The translations under genes and the position numbers were made by a program. From Salpingoeca rosetta (taxonomy: Eukaryota; Protista; Choanoflagellata), in assembly GCA_033442325.1 (NCBI GenBank), contig JAWQFM010000010.1, forward strand, positions 1,331,545 through 1,395,544: a DNA stretch of 64,000 nucleotides, given 5' to 3'. This document shows positions 38,423 to 64,000 of the stretch, in pieces. Position 1 is the first letter of the stretch. The number at the start of each line of letters is the position of its first letter. Under the pieces are notes generated by a model. That model was given only the letters and a program-made list of their open reading frames with translations, was not told the origin of the DNA and made no database searches.

Positions 38423-39375
38423 ACTTGTTGTGTACACATGTCATCCAACGGAGTGTAGCTTGTAACAATCACAGTCGCCACCACCACCACCACCTCGATC
38501 GTACGTCTGCAGTTGAGATGTGGTCCAGGGTCTGCGGGGTGTCCGCCTCCAGCTGGTGCAGCAGTCCGCGGCGGTCTGTGTCGCTCAGCTGAACACATGC
38601 GCAGCAAAAACCAACACAAGACACAAGCAAGCAGACAAGTAAGCGGTTTGCGTGAACGATCATTGGAGTGAGCGGGTGGATGATCGTTTCGTTGTTGTTG
38701 GTACTCATGGACACACCGCACACGCACACACACACACGTACGCGGGAGACGCCGCTGCGAATGAGAGCACGCGCTCCCTCGGCAAACTCCTCGCAGCGAT
38801 GCTGTGGAAGCACGCGTGAAACAGTCACATGTGTGAGCATGTGTGTGTATGTGTGAGTACGCGTGCACTTGGTTATGAGTTGGTGAAGGCACCATGATGC
38901 ACAAAAGCGCAGCAAGAGAAAGAGAAGTACACAGCACCTGAGCGGAAAAAAAAACACCACCGTCATCGGCAGCATCAACAACAACAACAAAGCACGCCCC
39001 CTCCCTTTTCTCCTGCATGCCGCACCTGCCAGAACCGTGCTAGCAAGCGGATGTCACTCGGCGCCGTGTGCGCAACATCGCGATGAAGATCATCGAGGAA
39101 GTGCGGCACAATGCTCAGCCACAGCGCCTGGTTCTCCCCCTGGCACTCAATCTCCTGCACGTGTCAAGTAAATGATTGAGTGCGCGTGTTTGTATGTATG
39201 TGTGTGCGTGCGTGGGTGTGCGTGGGTGTGCGTGGTGTGCATGTGTGCGTGTGTGTGCGTGTGTGTGCGTGTGTGCGCGTGTGTATGTGTGTATTCGTGC
39301 GTGCGTGCGTGCGTGCGTGTGAGCAGTTATCACATTCCAGATGGGCATGTTGAGCAAGCACGCTTCCCTCGCACG

Positions 39376-39469
<94 letters not shown>

Positions 39470-40425
39470 AACAAGCAAACATATCCTCCCCCTCCCTTCC
39501 CCCTCTCCCGCTCTGTGAGTGAACACAGCGGCGCACCGAGACGGCGTTGAGGAGAACGTAGACGGCAAAGCTGTGCATGGTGACAAAGTACGGCGTGAGC
39601 TGCCACCGCCGCTCCTTGGGCTGGTTCGGCAGCAGGAACGTCGGTTTGGCGTGAGACCCAGAGACACCGCACGCCACGTGCTTGCATGGACCAACGAGGT
39701 GCACTTTGCTCAGATCAAACGTCGAGTCCTCCCAGCGCAGCAGCAGCGAGAGCACAAAGTCGAGAATGGCGAGCTCTGTGCGTGCATTCAGGCCCTCGTC
39801 CTCCGCATCCTCCACAAACGACGTCTGGCGCTGGCGCCGCGGCTTTGGTGTTGACGACGACTGCGGAGACGACGTGAGTGACCCCGCGGGCGATCCGTGC
39901 TGCTGCTGCTGCTGCTGCTGGTGGTGGTGGTGGTGGTGGTGGTGGTGTGGTGCTGGCGCTGACAGGAGCCGTGAGGGCGTGGTTGTGTGCGACATGCGCC
40001 GTCCCACCGGCTGTCTGCGCCGGTGTTGTGACGATGTGGACGCACCGCCCAGCGCCGCCCGCGTCGCGCTCTTGTGATGATGGCGACGACCATCACCACC
40101 GCTGCCGCTGTTGTGGTGCTCCTCCTCCTCCTCCTCATGGTCCTCGTCGTGTTCCGGGTCGTCAAAGTCTGTTGTTGGGCGGATGCTGGTGTTGCGATGC
40201 ACGGGGCCACCAAACACGTCCTCCCCGTCCTCGCCACCACCGGCAACGGCGCTTGTGTTGGCGCTCACGCCATCATCGTCATTGTCATCATCACCATCTT
40301 CGTCGTTGTCGTGCATTGTGTGCTTGCGTGTCAGGCGGTGCGGGCTCAGGTGCGACGGTGACAGCGGTGTTCGAGCCGGCAGCCTGTCATCCCGCCGCTC
40401 CACAGCCGCATCCAACAAACTCCTA

Positions 40426-40520
<95 letters not shown>

Positions 40521-40949
40521 GTGTGTGTGTGTGTGTGCGTGTGTGTGTGTGTGGTGAGGGGGTTGAGTGTACCATTGAAAGAACGTGGTGTGACACTGAA
40601 AGTTGATCGTTGCAAGGAGCCCGGAACTCATCAACGACAGCAGCGCGTAACGGACTGCATCACCGCTAAACCCTACACGCAGTCAGCACATGCCCATGTC
40701 AATGGATGAAACCATGTCATGACCGTACAGGTAGAATGTGTCGTTGAGCTTGTGCAGGCGTGAGACGGTCTCCTCCAGGTTGACTTGAATAAACAGCACC
40801 TGCGTGGCAGCGAGGTGACAAAGTGAAGTGAAGCAAAGTGACACGAGTGCGAATGAGTTGGAGGCAGCCATTGCTGTAGTGATTCGCATCCACAGACGCA
40901 CAAACACTATCAAATACACACACTCTCACAAACGCACGCTTACAAACGC

Positions 40950-40980
<31 letters not shown>

Positions 40981-41356
40981 TTCAATCATGACACATCCAA
41001 CATATGTGCGTGTGTGCGTGCGTCAGTGTGCCTCACCACGTTGCCGGCGCTGTCGAGTCGACCCGTGACGACAGAGACGCCGCCGCTAACAGCTGCGGGC
41101 GCCTTTGCGTCCAACGGCACAGCAGATGCGGTGATGTTCTTTGCAATCTGCCCAGAGGCCGTGCCCTCGAGATGGCCCGTCTCCAGCTGCCAGATGTACG
41201 CCGCGCCGTTTGTGCACGACACTACCATGCTCTCCTCCGGTGGCAGCCAGTAGATGGACTGGTGACCCAAAGTTCGCAGCGGCAGCGGTAGGGGCGTGAG
41301 CGTCAGTTACGTTGTGGTCTGTTCTGTTGTTGTGTTGAGTGAACAGAAATTCAAGC

Positions 41357-41418
<62 letters not shown>

Positions 41419-43489
41419 CTTAAACAACAACAACAACTTAAACAACAACAACAACGACAACAACAACAACTTAAACGACAACTTAAACAACAACAACAAC
41501 GACGACGACAACAGAACGCCATTTGCATCGTGTTCAGTTCACCCAACGCACCTGCACGGGAAATGCGTGGCCGGCGAAGCGCAGAACACACGTCATGTGC
41601 AGGAGGTTGTAGATGGCGATGGAGTGGTCTGTGGCGGCGGTGAAGATGCACTGGCGCCACACGGGGCTCAGGTCCATGTGCAGATGCCCAACCCGCGTCA
41701 CCTGCAGGGCGAGGGAAAGCGCGTGTGTGCATGTGTGTATGTGTGTATGTGTGTGTATGTGTGTGTATGTGTGTGTATGTGTGTGTATGTGTGAACGTAT
41801 GCAACGGGTTATCCCAAAAAACTATCACACGAGGAGACACAAGAGCACATATGTGACAGCCGCGCGCTCCATTGCCCGCCCGACCTCGCCGCACTGCTGG
41901 TTGAACGTGTGGATGCGCTTCATGGTGCGCCGGTCCCATATGTGCAGATCAAAGTCCGCTCCAGACGACACTGATTCGTGAGGGGGGAGGTGATGTGAAG
42001 TGTGTGTGTGTGTGAGCTGGGGCACGTGTTTGAGGTGGGGCACGTGGGCATGCAGTGCATTGACAAACACTCTCGAGCATGCACAATACACGTGTGGTGA
42101 TGCGAATGAATGAACAAGAACAGATCCAGACGCAGGCAGTGCAATCAAAACAGCATCACCGCACGCATCAACAACAACACGAACAGCGCACCGAAGATAT
42201 TGGAGAGGGACCCGCGGCAGTGGAACAAACAGCGCACACGGCCCTGGTGGGCGTGCAGGCGCAAGGCTGGGGCGTCGTTGAACAGCGACGCGTACTTGGA
42301 CGGACGGTCAAACAGACTGATGAGGCACAACGCAGCATGATCGCGGACACACGGGTGAGTGAGGGGGGGGCTGAACTGAGAAGGGAACAATCGAACGAAA
42401 GACGGATGTGGCTCGATCCTGAAGAACGGTGCGCGCACACCCGCAGTCAATCACACATGCCGACAATTGCACACACCCACACATACATACACGCACACAC
42501 TGACAATTGCATACACATAAATGCACACACACACGCACACGCACACACACACACACACACCTCCAGAGCAGATGCGCCGTGTCGCACACAACCAAATCGC
42601 CCGACATCAGCCCAAACACATGCACGGAGTTCAGACTGCTCTGCTCATTCTGCAAAGGTCAATTGGGACACACAAATGGTTTTGTGCGTGCGTGAGTGAG
42701 TGGGTGGGTGGGTGACTGGGTGAGTGAGTGGGTGGGTGAGTGAGTGAGGGGAGTGAGTGAGTGAGGGGAGTGAGTGTGTGTGTGTGTCATGGGTTGTTTT
42801 GACACTGCAGCTGAGTCGCCCGCTTTTCTTTCCCTATGACAGCGAACACGGCGAAAAGAATGCGCGTGCCTTGAGCGTGAGCAGTGTGGCAATCTTGTCG
42901 TCTGCATCGAGAAACGGCAGCTGGTCCAGTTGTTTCTGGCAATCACACAACCATATCACACACACACACAACCAAATCACACACACACACACACACGACG
43001 GGATATGAGGGCCTGATGGTGCACATGTGTTCAAGATGACGGTCTGTCTCGCACACACGCCCGCAAAACCTACTCACGCACAAACACATACGCACGCACG
43101 CACGCACACACGTACCTGGGTCCATGCGTTTGCGAACGATGCATGCAGTTTCGCCTTGAGATTTGGGCCGACTTTCGTCACGCCATGGACATGACCGCCT
43201 GCTGTTGATGCATGCGCGTGAGGGCGTGCATATTGGGGCAGTGTTAAAGCCAGGCAGTACAAGGTGAAGGACGCGAGCATTCGCGCCCGCACGCTGCGGT
43301 GTAAGTGAAAAGGCAACAACCAATTTGCACAGGGCAACAACACCAGCAACAAGAACAGCACCACCATCACCACCAACACCATCACCACCAACACCATCAC
43401 CACCGACCTGACGCGGCCGTGATCAGCGGAATGTCAGAGTCAGATCGAATGCGATTCGCAGAAAAGCACACAGGACCCTCCTGCTCACA

Positions 43490-43583
<94 letters not shown>

Positions 43584-44070
43584 AGTCATTGACGTGTAAC
43601 CATAACAGCGGGGAGCATCACTCCGCCACCCCCTCCCCAATGCGACTGCTTTTAGCTTTTGTCTTCACCTCAATATTTTGCAGCTGCAGCGTTGACGTCA
43701 GTGCCAGCGCCACGGGCTCAATGTTTGGCCTCTGGTCCTGTTGGTGCAACAGCGACGGTGGAGAAGAAGTGACACCGAATGAGACGTGCTCAACCGCTCC
43801 GATGTGACGCTCGGTGGCAGCAAGATGGTGAAATGCACGACGCGCATGTGTGCAAGGTGGCATTAACGCCTCAATCACACACAGAACACACGCACTCATG
43901 CATTCACACGCACACACGCAAAACACACGCACTCATGCATTCACACACAGACCTGGTGGTTCTCCGGTGGGCAGACCTTGCATGGCTCGTTGGGATTTTT
44001 GCCGTCCACAAATTGCGCAACATCAAAGCACTTGATCTCACCGGCCTGACGCGTACACATGTGCATGAGT

Positions 44071-44127
<57 letters not shown>

Positions 44128-44252
44128 GTGTGAGGAAAACGGGGGAGGTGCGAGCTTGCGTGCGTGTATGCATGTGGGTGTGCGCATACGTGACTGCCGC
44201 ACAGACGGCAGGCAGTCGTGTGCCTCCGTTTTCACTCGCAAGCACGTCCTCG

Positions 44253-44293
<41 letters not shown>

Positions 44294-45962
44294 AACGTGC
44301 ACAACGGTTGCCACGATGTCGTACATGGGAGAAAGCGAGAAGCGATGACGTGTCCACAAATGACGCAAATGCGCAGCCCGTTGGTGACGAAAAATCAAAA
44401 GGGAACACCCCAACACACGCCAGCGTCTTTACATGCAGCAGCTGTGTGATTGTGCGTGCGTGCGTGTGTGTGTGCGTGTTGGCATCGTTGCCAGTGTGAG
44501 TGTATTCATGTCAAATGCGCGCAAGTGCAAGAAGAATGCATGTATGTGCATGTGGTGTGAGCGACGTGTGTTCGCCAACAGGAATTATGGTGTGCAATAT
44601 GAGCCAGTACCATTAACCGCCAGCAATCCACCTCTCGATTCCGCTCCCACAACACAATACACAACACAACACGCACACACACACACAACACAACAGACAC
44701 ACACGCAACACACAACACACACGCAACACACACACACAAGCGCGTGACTACACACCTCGCAGCTTGCTCTGCCGGCCACAGCGATGATGTGCTGGCAGCG
44801 CGGGGCCCAGGCCACGCCGCACACTTTCGGAAATTGCGAGCGGACGGAGTGGAGTGGAAGGCCTTTGGTGTCGGTCGTCATCTGCTGCCAGTTGAGCGGG
44901 AAGATGCTGACGTGCGCCGACGCGCTCGCAGCAACAAGCCCCGTGCTTTCCTCCCCTGTACAATTGGCCAGGTAAGAGAGCGCGTGAGTGAGTGTGTGTG
45001 AGCGCGTGTGTGCATGCACACAATCAACTGACTGTGACTGACATGTCCATGACCCTGTCATAATCATTTCCACACATGCCGTGTGTGTACACAAGATTGG
45101 AGTGACAACGACCCCCCCCCCTCCTGCAGCATCCCTGCTCTTGCTGCCACCACCATCACACACCTGACGGTGTCTTGTATGTCAGAGTGTCAAGCGACAC
45201 GTGCCAATCAGCGGAAATGTATCCACGAAGAAGGTGGTGCGTCTGACAAAGGCAGACATAGAGGGATTGTGTGTGTGTGTGTGCGTGTGTGTGTGAACGT
45301 GTGTGTGTGTGTGTGTGTGTGCTTGCAGGCATGAATACGTGATTGTGTGCAGGTACTTGTACATGAGTGCATGCACGTGCAAGTGCGCATTGTTGCAGGG
45401 TCACAGCGTTGCCAGGCATCGCTGCACAGACGTCACGTGCTCGCACCTTCATGGTTGTCAGATGCACAATGACAATGTCTGCAAAGTCGCCCGCAATGGC
45501 AGCAAAATGGTCGTGACCAAACACCTGTGCGCGAAACAACAACAGCAGCAGCAGCAGGCGTGAGGCACACCAGCCCAAACATGTGGTGTGGAGCGCATCT
45601 CCATGCCAAGGAGCAATCTCGCATGTGGGTCGCTAAGCAGACACGCGCGTGCAGGGCTACGTGGGCGAACCTCCCAGGGCTCAGGCGGGGGGGGGGGGGG
45701 AAGGCAGGAAGGCTGTACCTCGATGGAGCGGATGCGGCCCGGCACGACGTGTTTGTGGAAGTGGACAAGGCGCCCGTCGCAGGGATCCATGATGGCAATT
45801 GCGCTGCAACGACGACGCAGCAGCAACAGCGTAGCAAAGGGGGAAAACATGGGGTGCAGAAGAGCTGGTCGTCAGACAGGTGAAACAAGAGATATCAATA
45901 GCAAGATACACTGAAGAATACAAGCATGCACATCGAACACACACACACACGCGCGCGCGCAT

Positions 45963-46045
<83 letters not shown>

Positions 46046-46837
46046 TGCACGCACCCGTCTGCAAACCCGCAAAGGACAGCGGTGTCCCGTGCTCTGCTGG
46101 GAAGATCCTTGTGGTAGTCGCGCCAGCACTCTGTGATGCACGTGACCTCTGCATTGCTGACGAGAGACAGGGTCACCGGCGTGATCTGACAAAATGCCCC
46201 AAACCACGTGACACACGACGAAAGTTGTCGGTGAAAGCATACATACATGAGACACTGTGAGATCGAAAGTGCACGCAACATCAAGCGAGGTCTGACAGAA
46301 TGCAAAGGGCGGTTGCAGTCAGTGTGCGTGCTGGATGGCTGACGCCATGGATGATGGGTGTGCTTGCATTGTGCGCGACATGGCTGCGCACTGTACCTTG
46401 TCTTCCTTCAGAGACCAGAAGCACACCTACAACAATGGAATGGGGGCAAGAGGGAAGAGGGGTGTACTTGAAGTGAGCAAACACATGCAGCGATAGTGCA
46501 GTGATAGAAGCACACAGCCCAACAGGCTGCATGTGTCAAATCGCATGGCATCATCCAGCCAGAACAGCAACAAGTGTCATTCCTCAGCAGTTGCAATGCC
46601 ACTCAGGACACAGTAAGCACACACGCACACACTTATCCACACACGCATATATGCAATCACACATAAACACACACACACACACACACAAAAAAAGAAAATA
46701 AAAGAGTTGCGCACTTGGCCTGTCCTTGTGCCTGTGACCACGTGTTGTCTGTCTCGTGTGGCAAACGTTGCAGACACGGCATGCTGCGCGTCGTCCGTGC
46801 ACACCGCGAGCGGGATGCGCACACCAGTCGACCCCAT
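36057..46837 (-). CDS. WDR7: WD-repeat protein WDR7/rabconnectin-3beta (WDR72 family), >25 exons
   Basis: N-terminus MGSTGVRIPLAVCTDDAQHAVSATF..VVTGTRTGQ. Peptides LHAHQGRVRCLFH, VSSGADFDLHIWD, FAGHAFP, SIYWLPPEESMVVSCTNGAAYIWQLETGHLE, VDTVMRTLDPN, LAVGAQDGKLTIFDLKT, QAHSAPISATAFDPTCKYLITFS. Confidence 0.88.
41356..41512 (+). repeat. (CAA)n with a degenerate CAACTTAAA/CGA-interrupted tail, in a WDR7 intron
   Basis: Visible directly in the sequence. Confidence 0.9.
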
Positions 46838-46898
46838 GATGATGTCCACAAGCTGGAGCACTGCTCGCTTCCTCTTCCTCTATCCTCGATCTTTCCTT

Positions 46899-46946
46899 CT
46901 GAATTCAGTTTACACGACTGAATTCAGTTTACACGACTGAATTCAG
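46899..46946. promoter_or_regulatory. Three CTGAATTCAG palindromes separated by identical TTTACACGA spacers (19-bp period) in the WDR7/GLS divergent intergenic
   Basis: Palindromes at 46899, 46918 and 46937. Only 132 bp separate the two start codons (46837 minus, 46970 plus). The regulatory role is inferred. Confidence 0.6.
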
Positions 46947-46969
46947 GCGTACATGGATCGCTGACGACA

Positions 46970-51005
<4,036 letters not shown>

Positions 51006-51255
51006 CCACGCATAGTCAACCGTTGAGTGCGAGTGGGCACTTGCCCCTCCCCCACCCCTTGCTACATGACAACCTCTTTCGTAAGCTCACTGACGGGCAG
51101 CAAGCAATTGAACAGCATTCATTGGTCAAGGAAGCAAGAAGTGAGTGAGAAGGGTCAAGGTGTGACGAGTGAAGAAGAACCACCACAACACCACGCATCA
51201 CCCATCCGTCACACATCACACCACAACAACACAACACACAACACGACAACACACC

Positions 51256-52206
51256 ATGTCTGACAGGGTCGTTGACCCGTCTGCGTGGGAGGATGCATTG
51301 AGACCAGAGGATGTGGCGGCCGTGGCTGCGCTACAAGAGGCAGCCCCACCGCCCCCTTCTGTGTTGTCGCCGTTGTCATCATCGTCGGCAGCGACAGGCC
51401 CTCACGCGCACACCAACAAGATGGGCCACAAGCGCCGCAGTCGCGGTGCGCGCACGAAGCAGAATGACCTTGTGGGCACGCAGTCTGAGCGGGCGTCGCG
51501 GGCGCTGCGCAACGCCGTCAGCAAGGCCGACTATGAGGCCATGCTTGGAGCTGTAGACGACGGTGCGGACGTCAACTTTGCAGATGAGAAGGGCCGCACG
51601 GCATTGCACTTTGCAGCCGCCGCTGGACGCGACACCTTCGTGCAGTTCCTCATCTCCCAAGGAGCAGACCCCAACAAGCAGGACTCAAATGGTGTGTCTG
51701 TGTGTCTCTGTGTGTGTCTGTGTCTGTGTCTGTGTGCCTGTGTGTGTCTGTCTGTGTGTCTGTGTCTGTGTCTGTGTGTGTGTGTGTGTGTGTCTGTGTC
51801 TGTGTCTGGTCTGTGCCTCTGTGTCTGTCTGTCTGTCTGTCTGTCTGTGTGTGTGTCTGTGTCTGTGTGTGTCTGTGTGTGTCTGTCTGTCTGCCTGTCT
51901 CGATATCTTGTTGTGCACTTGTCACAACTCATCGCTGTTCATCGGTTCACACCCGCTCTCCTCCGGCTTGACCATAGGCAACACCGCACTGCACTTGGCG
52001 GCGTGCACGAACAACATCAAGGTCATCACTGCACTCGTGGACGGTGGCTGCGACATCAACATGCGCGATGGTACTGCTGCGTGTGGCGTGTTGCGTGCGC
52101 GAATGTGTGCGTGTGTGTGTCTGTCTGTCTGTCTGTGTATGAGCCTGTATGAGGACGAAGAGGGCATGTCACTGCGCTATTGGCTGCGTCGAGTGCGTGC
52201 TGCAAC

Positions 52207-52257
<51 letters not shown>

Positions 52258-52649
52258 ACACACATCGATCTCACTCGCTCGCTCGCACACAGGCAAGGGG
52301 CGAACACCGATTCACTTTGCGCAGTCGCATCTGCAGTTGCTGCGGCGTTACTCAAGCGACCCGGAGGCGTATCGGGGCAAAGTGCTCGACGTACGTATGA
52401 CAGCAGTGGGTACACACGAGTCAGTACGCACACGCGAGCCTCATCATACACCCTTGAGGTTCGTGGTGGCTCTCCTGTTGTCATTGTTAGGACACTCATG
52501 TTGCTGTCATCCACCCCTGTGCCGTGCTGTGTTGTGTGCCATCCATATCAGGTGGTGAACCTCTTGCTGGCATACTCCCGACGACACAACCGCGAAGCCG
52601 TCGAAGGCTTGAACGACGTGAGTTGCGCAAGTGGTGGCCTTGTCTGTCT

Positions 52650-52688
<39 letters not shown>

Positions 52689-52955
52689 TGTCTGTCTGTC
52701 TGTGTATCGGTCTATGTCTGTGTCTTAGTGTGGCGGCATACGCGCACGTACATGCACACACGCACACACGCACACACACACACACACACGAGTGCACATT
52801 GTACCAGCATCCACCCCCGCGTGTCTCACCATCATGACATCTCCTCTGTGCCCTCGTTGCAACAGCTGGTATCCCGCATCTCCACGCATTCGCTGGATGA
52901 GCTTGAAGACGTCCTCGGCGAGTTTGTCAACATGTCCCTCGCATCCCTCGAGTAG
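51256..52955 (+). CDS. ANKRD54: Ankyrin repeat protein, ANKRD54-like
   Basis: [58 protein letters not shown]-terminal helix [13 protein letters not shown]. Confidence 0.8.
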
Positions 52956-53139
52956 ACACACACACGCACACGCACACGCACACACGCACACGCACACGCA
53001 CGCACGCACGCGTAAACATTTGTCCACAACAGGCTCGTTATTGCACATATGCGCTTGCTCGTTATGAATAAGGCTGGTCTATTGAATTGTATGACGAGAC
53101 CTGCCTGTGTACACACACACACACACAGACACACACACA

Positions 53140-53204
<65 letters not shown>

Positions 53205-53408
53205 GAAGTGTAGCTGGAATAGATGACTCCAAAGCGTATGCGTGAAAGACGACACAACCTGGCATCATTCAAGCAATGCACACATATACGCACACACAGA
53301 GGCATGCACACACATACACACACACACAGGCACGCTCTCTCTTCCCCTCCCCTCTGCAGCCCTCCTGCTATCGCTATCTGTTTCTCAAGTCAATGATGTC
53401 ATGTCACG

Positions 53409-62004
<8,596 letters not shown>

Positions 62005-62174
62005 CGTCGGAGTGTGTGAGAAGAAGAAGAATGACGCAAATTCAAGACCAAGCAAGGACAACAACGAAGATGGTGCGTTGCTTGCTTGTTTGCTTGCTTT
62101 GCTTTGCTTGCTGTGTTTGGCTTGCACTGCATGTTGTGCATGCTGGATGCTCACTGACGTTCGCTCGCTTTGGG

Positions 62175-62611
62175 ATGCAGGGGTGGAACACGTTGGTGGT
62201 GGTGCTGATGTTATGCATCGTCGCCGTGGTGGTAGCACCTCTCGGCTTGGAGCTCATGCTCACCATCGCCGAAAGGTGTGTTTGGTCGTGCGCGCGCGCG
62301 CGCGTGTGTGTCTGTGTGTGTGTCTGTGTGTGTGTCTGTGTGTGTGTCTGTGTGTGTGTCTGTGTGTGTGTCTGTGTGTGTGTGTGTGTCTGTGTGTGTG
62401 TGTCTGTGTGTGTGTGTCTGTGTGTGTGTCTGTGTGTGAGGGAGAGAGGTACTCACGGTTGCTGTTCGGTCGATTACTTGCTTTCTGATCATGTGTGCGC
62501 TCAGGTTTGGCTTTCCTGGTGTGCGACGGAGCCGTGCCATGTTCAGAGTGGCAGCAGCCCTTGATCGGTGAGAGAGTGTGTCTGTCTGTGTCTGTGTGTG
62601 TACGTGTGTGT

Positions 62612-62656
<45 letters not shown>

Positions 62657-63068
62657 TGTGTCTGTGTCTGTGTGTGCGTTTGCGTTTGCGTTTGCGTTTG
62701 CCTGTGCCTTTCTTTGCCAGTGACATCCACTGCCACTGACCCACTGACCCTCTGACACTCTGACCCTCTGATGCTCTGACACCCTGACCCCCCCCCCACC
62801 TTCTTTGCTTAGCGGGAGTGTGATGGCCGAGTACGGGGTGGCTGTGGCAACACTGGCCATGATCCTGGTGCCCATCTACTTGCACTTTTGGGAGTACGCG
62901 CCGTTCTGGGAGTCCACGCACCGGCACCAGCACGACACGTTCCACTTTGTAGTGTATCACCTGCTGCCGTCTGTTTGGATCAACTCCAACCTCCTCTACC
63001 ACTTTTACCTCGCCTGCACTATCAAGCCCGATTCTCCGCGCCCAACCAACAGAGGACGGTGTGTTTCT

Positions 63069-63107
<39 letters not shown>

Positions 63108-64000
63108 TGCGTCTGTGTGTGTGTGTGTGTCTGCGTCTGTATATGCGTTTGTGTCTTCCTGTCTGTGTCTCTTTGTGTCTCTCGCTGCCTCTCCGTCCGC
63201 CGACGTTTATATTTCCCTGTTGCCCATTCTCTCACGTGATACTTCAACCACACACACACACACCCATGCGTATGAACGCACCCTCGCCATGGGTGCTCAC
63301 AGGCGATGCAAGGTGTGCAAAGGCCCAAAACCGCTTCGAAGTCACCACTGCTCGACGTGTAACCGCTGCGTGGAGAAGATGGACCACCACTGCCCATTCA
63401 CAGCCAACTGTGTTGGCAAAGGGAACCACAAGTACTTTTATCTCTTCGTGGTACGTGGCTTCCACATGGCTGTTTCCCCTGTTCATGTGGCTGTGCTTTG
63501 AGGGGCAGTCGGAGGGAGCTGCATGTGAGGTTCCACCCAAACGGAAGCGTAAACCCCCACTCACTCACACATTCACACACCCACATACACACACCCACAC
63601 ACTCACTCACTCACTTACTCACTCACTTACTCACTCACTCACTCACACTCACACACTCACTCACTCACACACTCACACACTCACTCACACATTCACACAC
63701 CCACATACACACACACACACTCACTCACTCACTCACTCACTCACTCACTCACTCACTCACTCACTCACTCACTCACTCACTTACTCACACACACACACGC
63801 ACGCACACACACACACGCACGCACACACACACGCGCACACACACACACTCATGTTTTTCTCATGCACAGACGTACGGGTGGTTTGCGACGGTGTACGCGC
63901 TCTGGCTCTCCATCCACCCGTACTTGGAGTGCGTGGAGATGGCAGATGTTACCGCCGACAAGGACGCGGGGCTGGGCGAAGAGGTGGAGGAAGAGGCCCC
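62175..64000 (+). CDS. DHHC zinc-finger protein S-palmitoyltransferase, continuing past the window end
   Basis: TM-rich first exons ([20 protein letters not shown]), then [48 protein letters not shown]. Confidence 0.93.

Noticed and set aside
46899-46946. CRISPR-like repeat-spacer pattern
   Set aside because: Spacers are identical and only 9 nt, repeats are 10 nt, the context is eukaryotic and there are no cas genes; it is a tandem repeat

Overview
Eukaryotic, gene-dense, intron-rich DNA with GC-rich exons and introns packed with (GT)n/(CA)n microsatellites. This style and gene set suggest a choanoflagellate such as Salpingoeca rosetta, which is an inference, not a database result. I can support 13 protein-coding genes, many in tight head-to-head pairs: xylosyltransferase (XYLT-like, 3' incomplete), a giant coiled-coil protein, a CRAL-TRIO lipid-binding protein, an NSUN3/4-like m5C methyltransferase, HCCS (one exon missing), MFSD5, an intronless ~1750-aa multi-domain glycosyltransferase, an FKBP11-like PPIase, WDR7, ankyrin-repeat glutaminase, ANKRD54, a large PPR protein and a DHHC palmitoyltransferase (truncated by the window). 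There are five N gaps and a 1.2-kb probably artefactual duplication. The main highlights are (1) a single-exon type II membrane protein fusing a GT32 (A4GALT-like) domain to an ABO/Forssman-type GT6 domain, with a possible methyltransferase-like module; (2) two ~250-270-bp islands of foreign composition inside introns (7491-7765, 23625-23883), one sitting where a conserved HCCS exon is missing; (3) a triple CTGAATTCAG palindrome array in the 132-bp WDR7/GLS divergent gap; (4) recurrent 5'-(GU)n...(CA)n-3' complementary repeats at intron ends. Exon boundaries were read by eye and are approximate. Most listed ORFs are microsatellite or antisense shadows.
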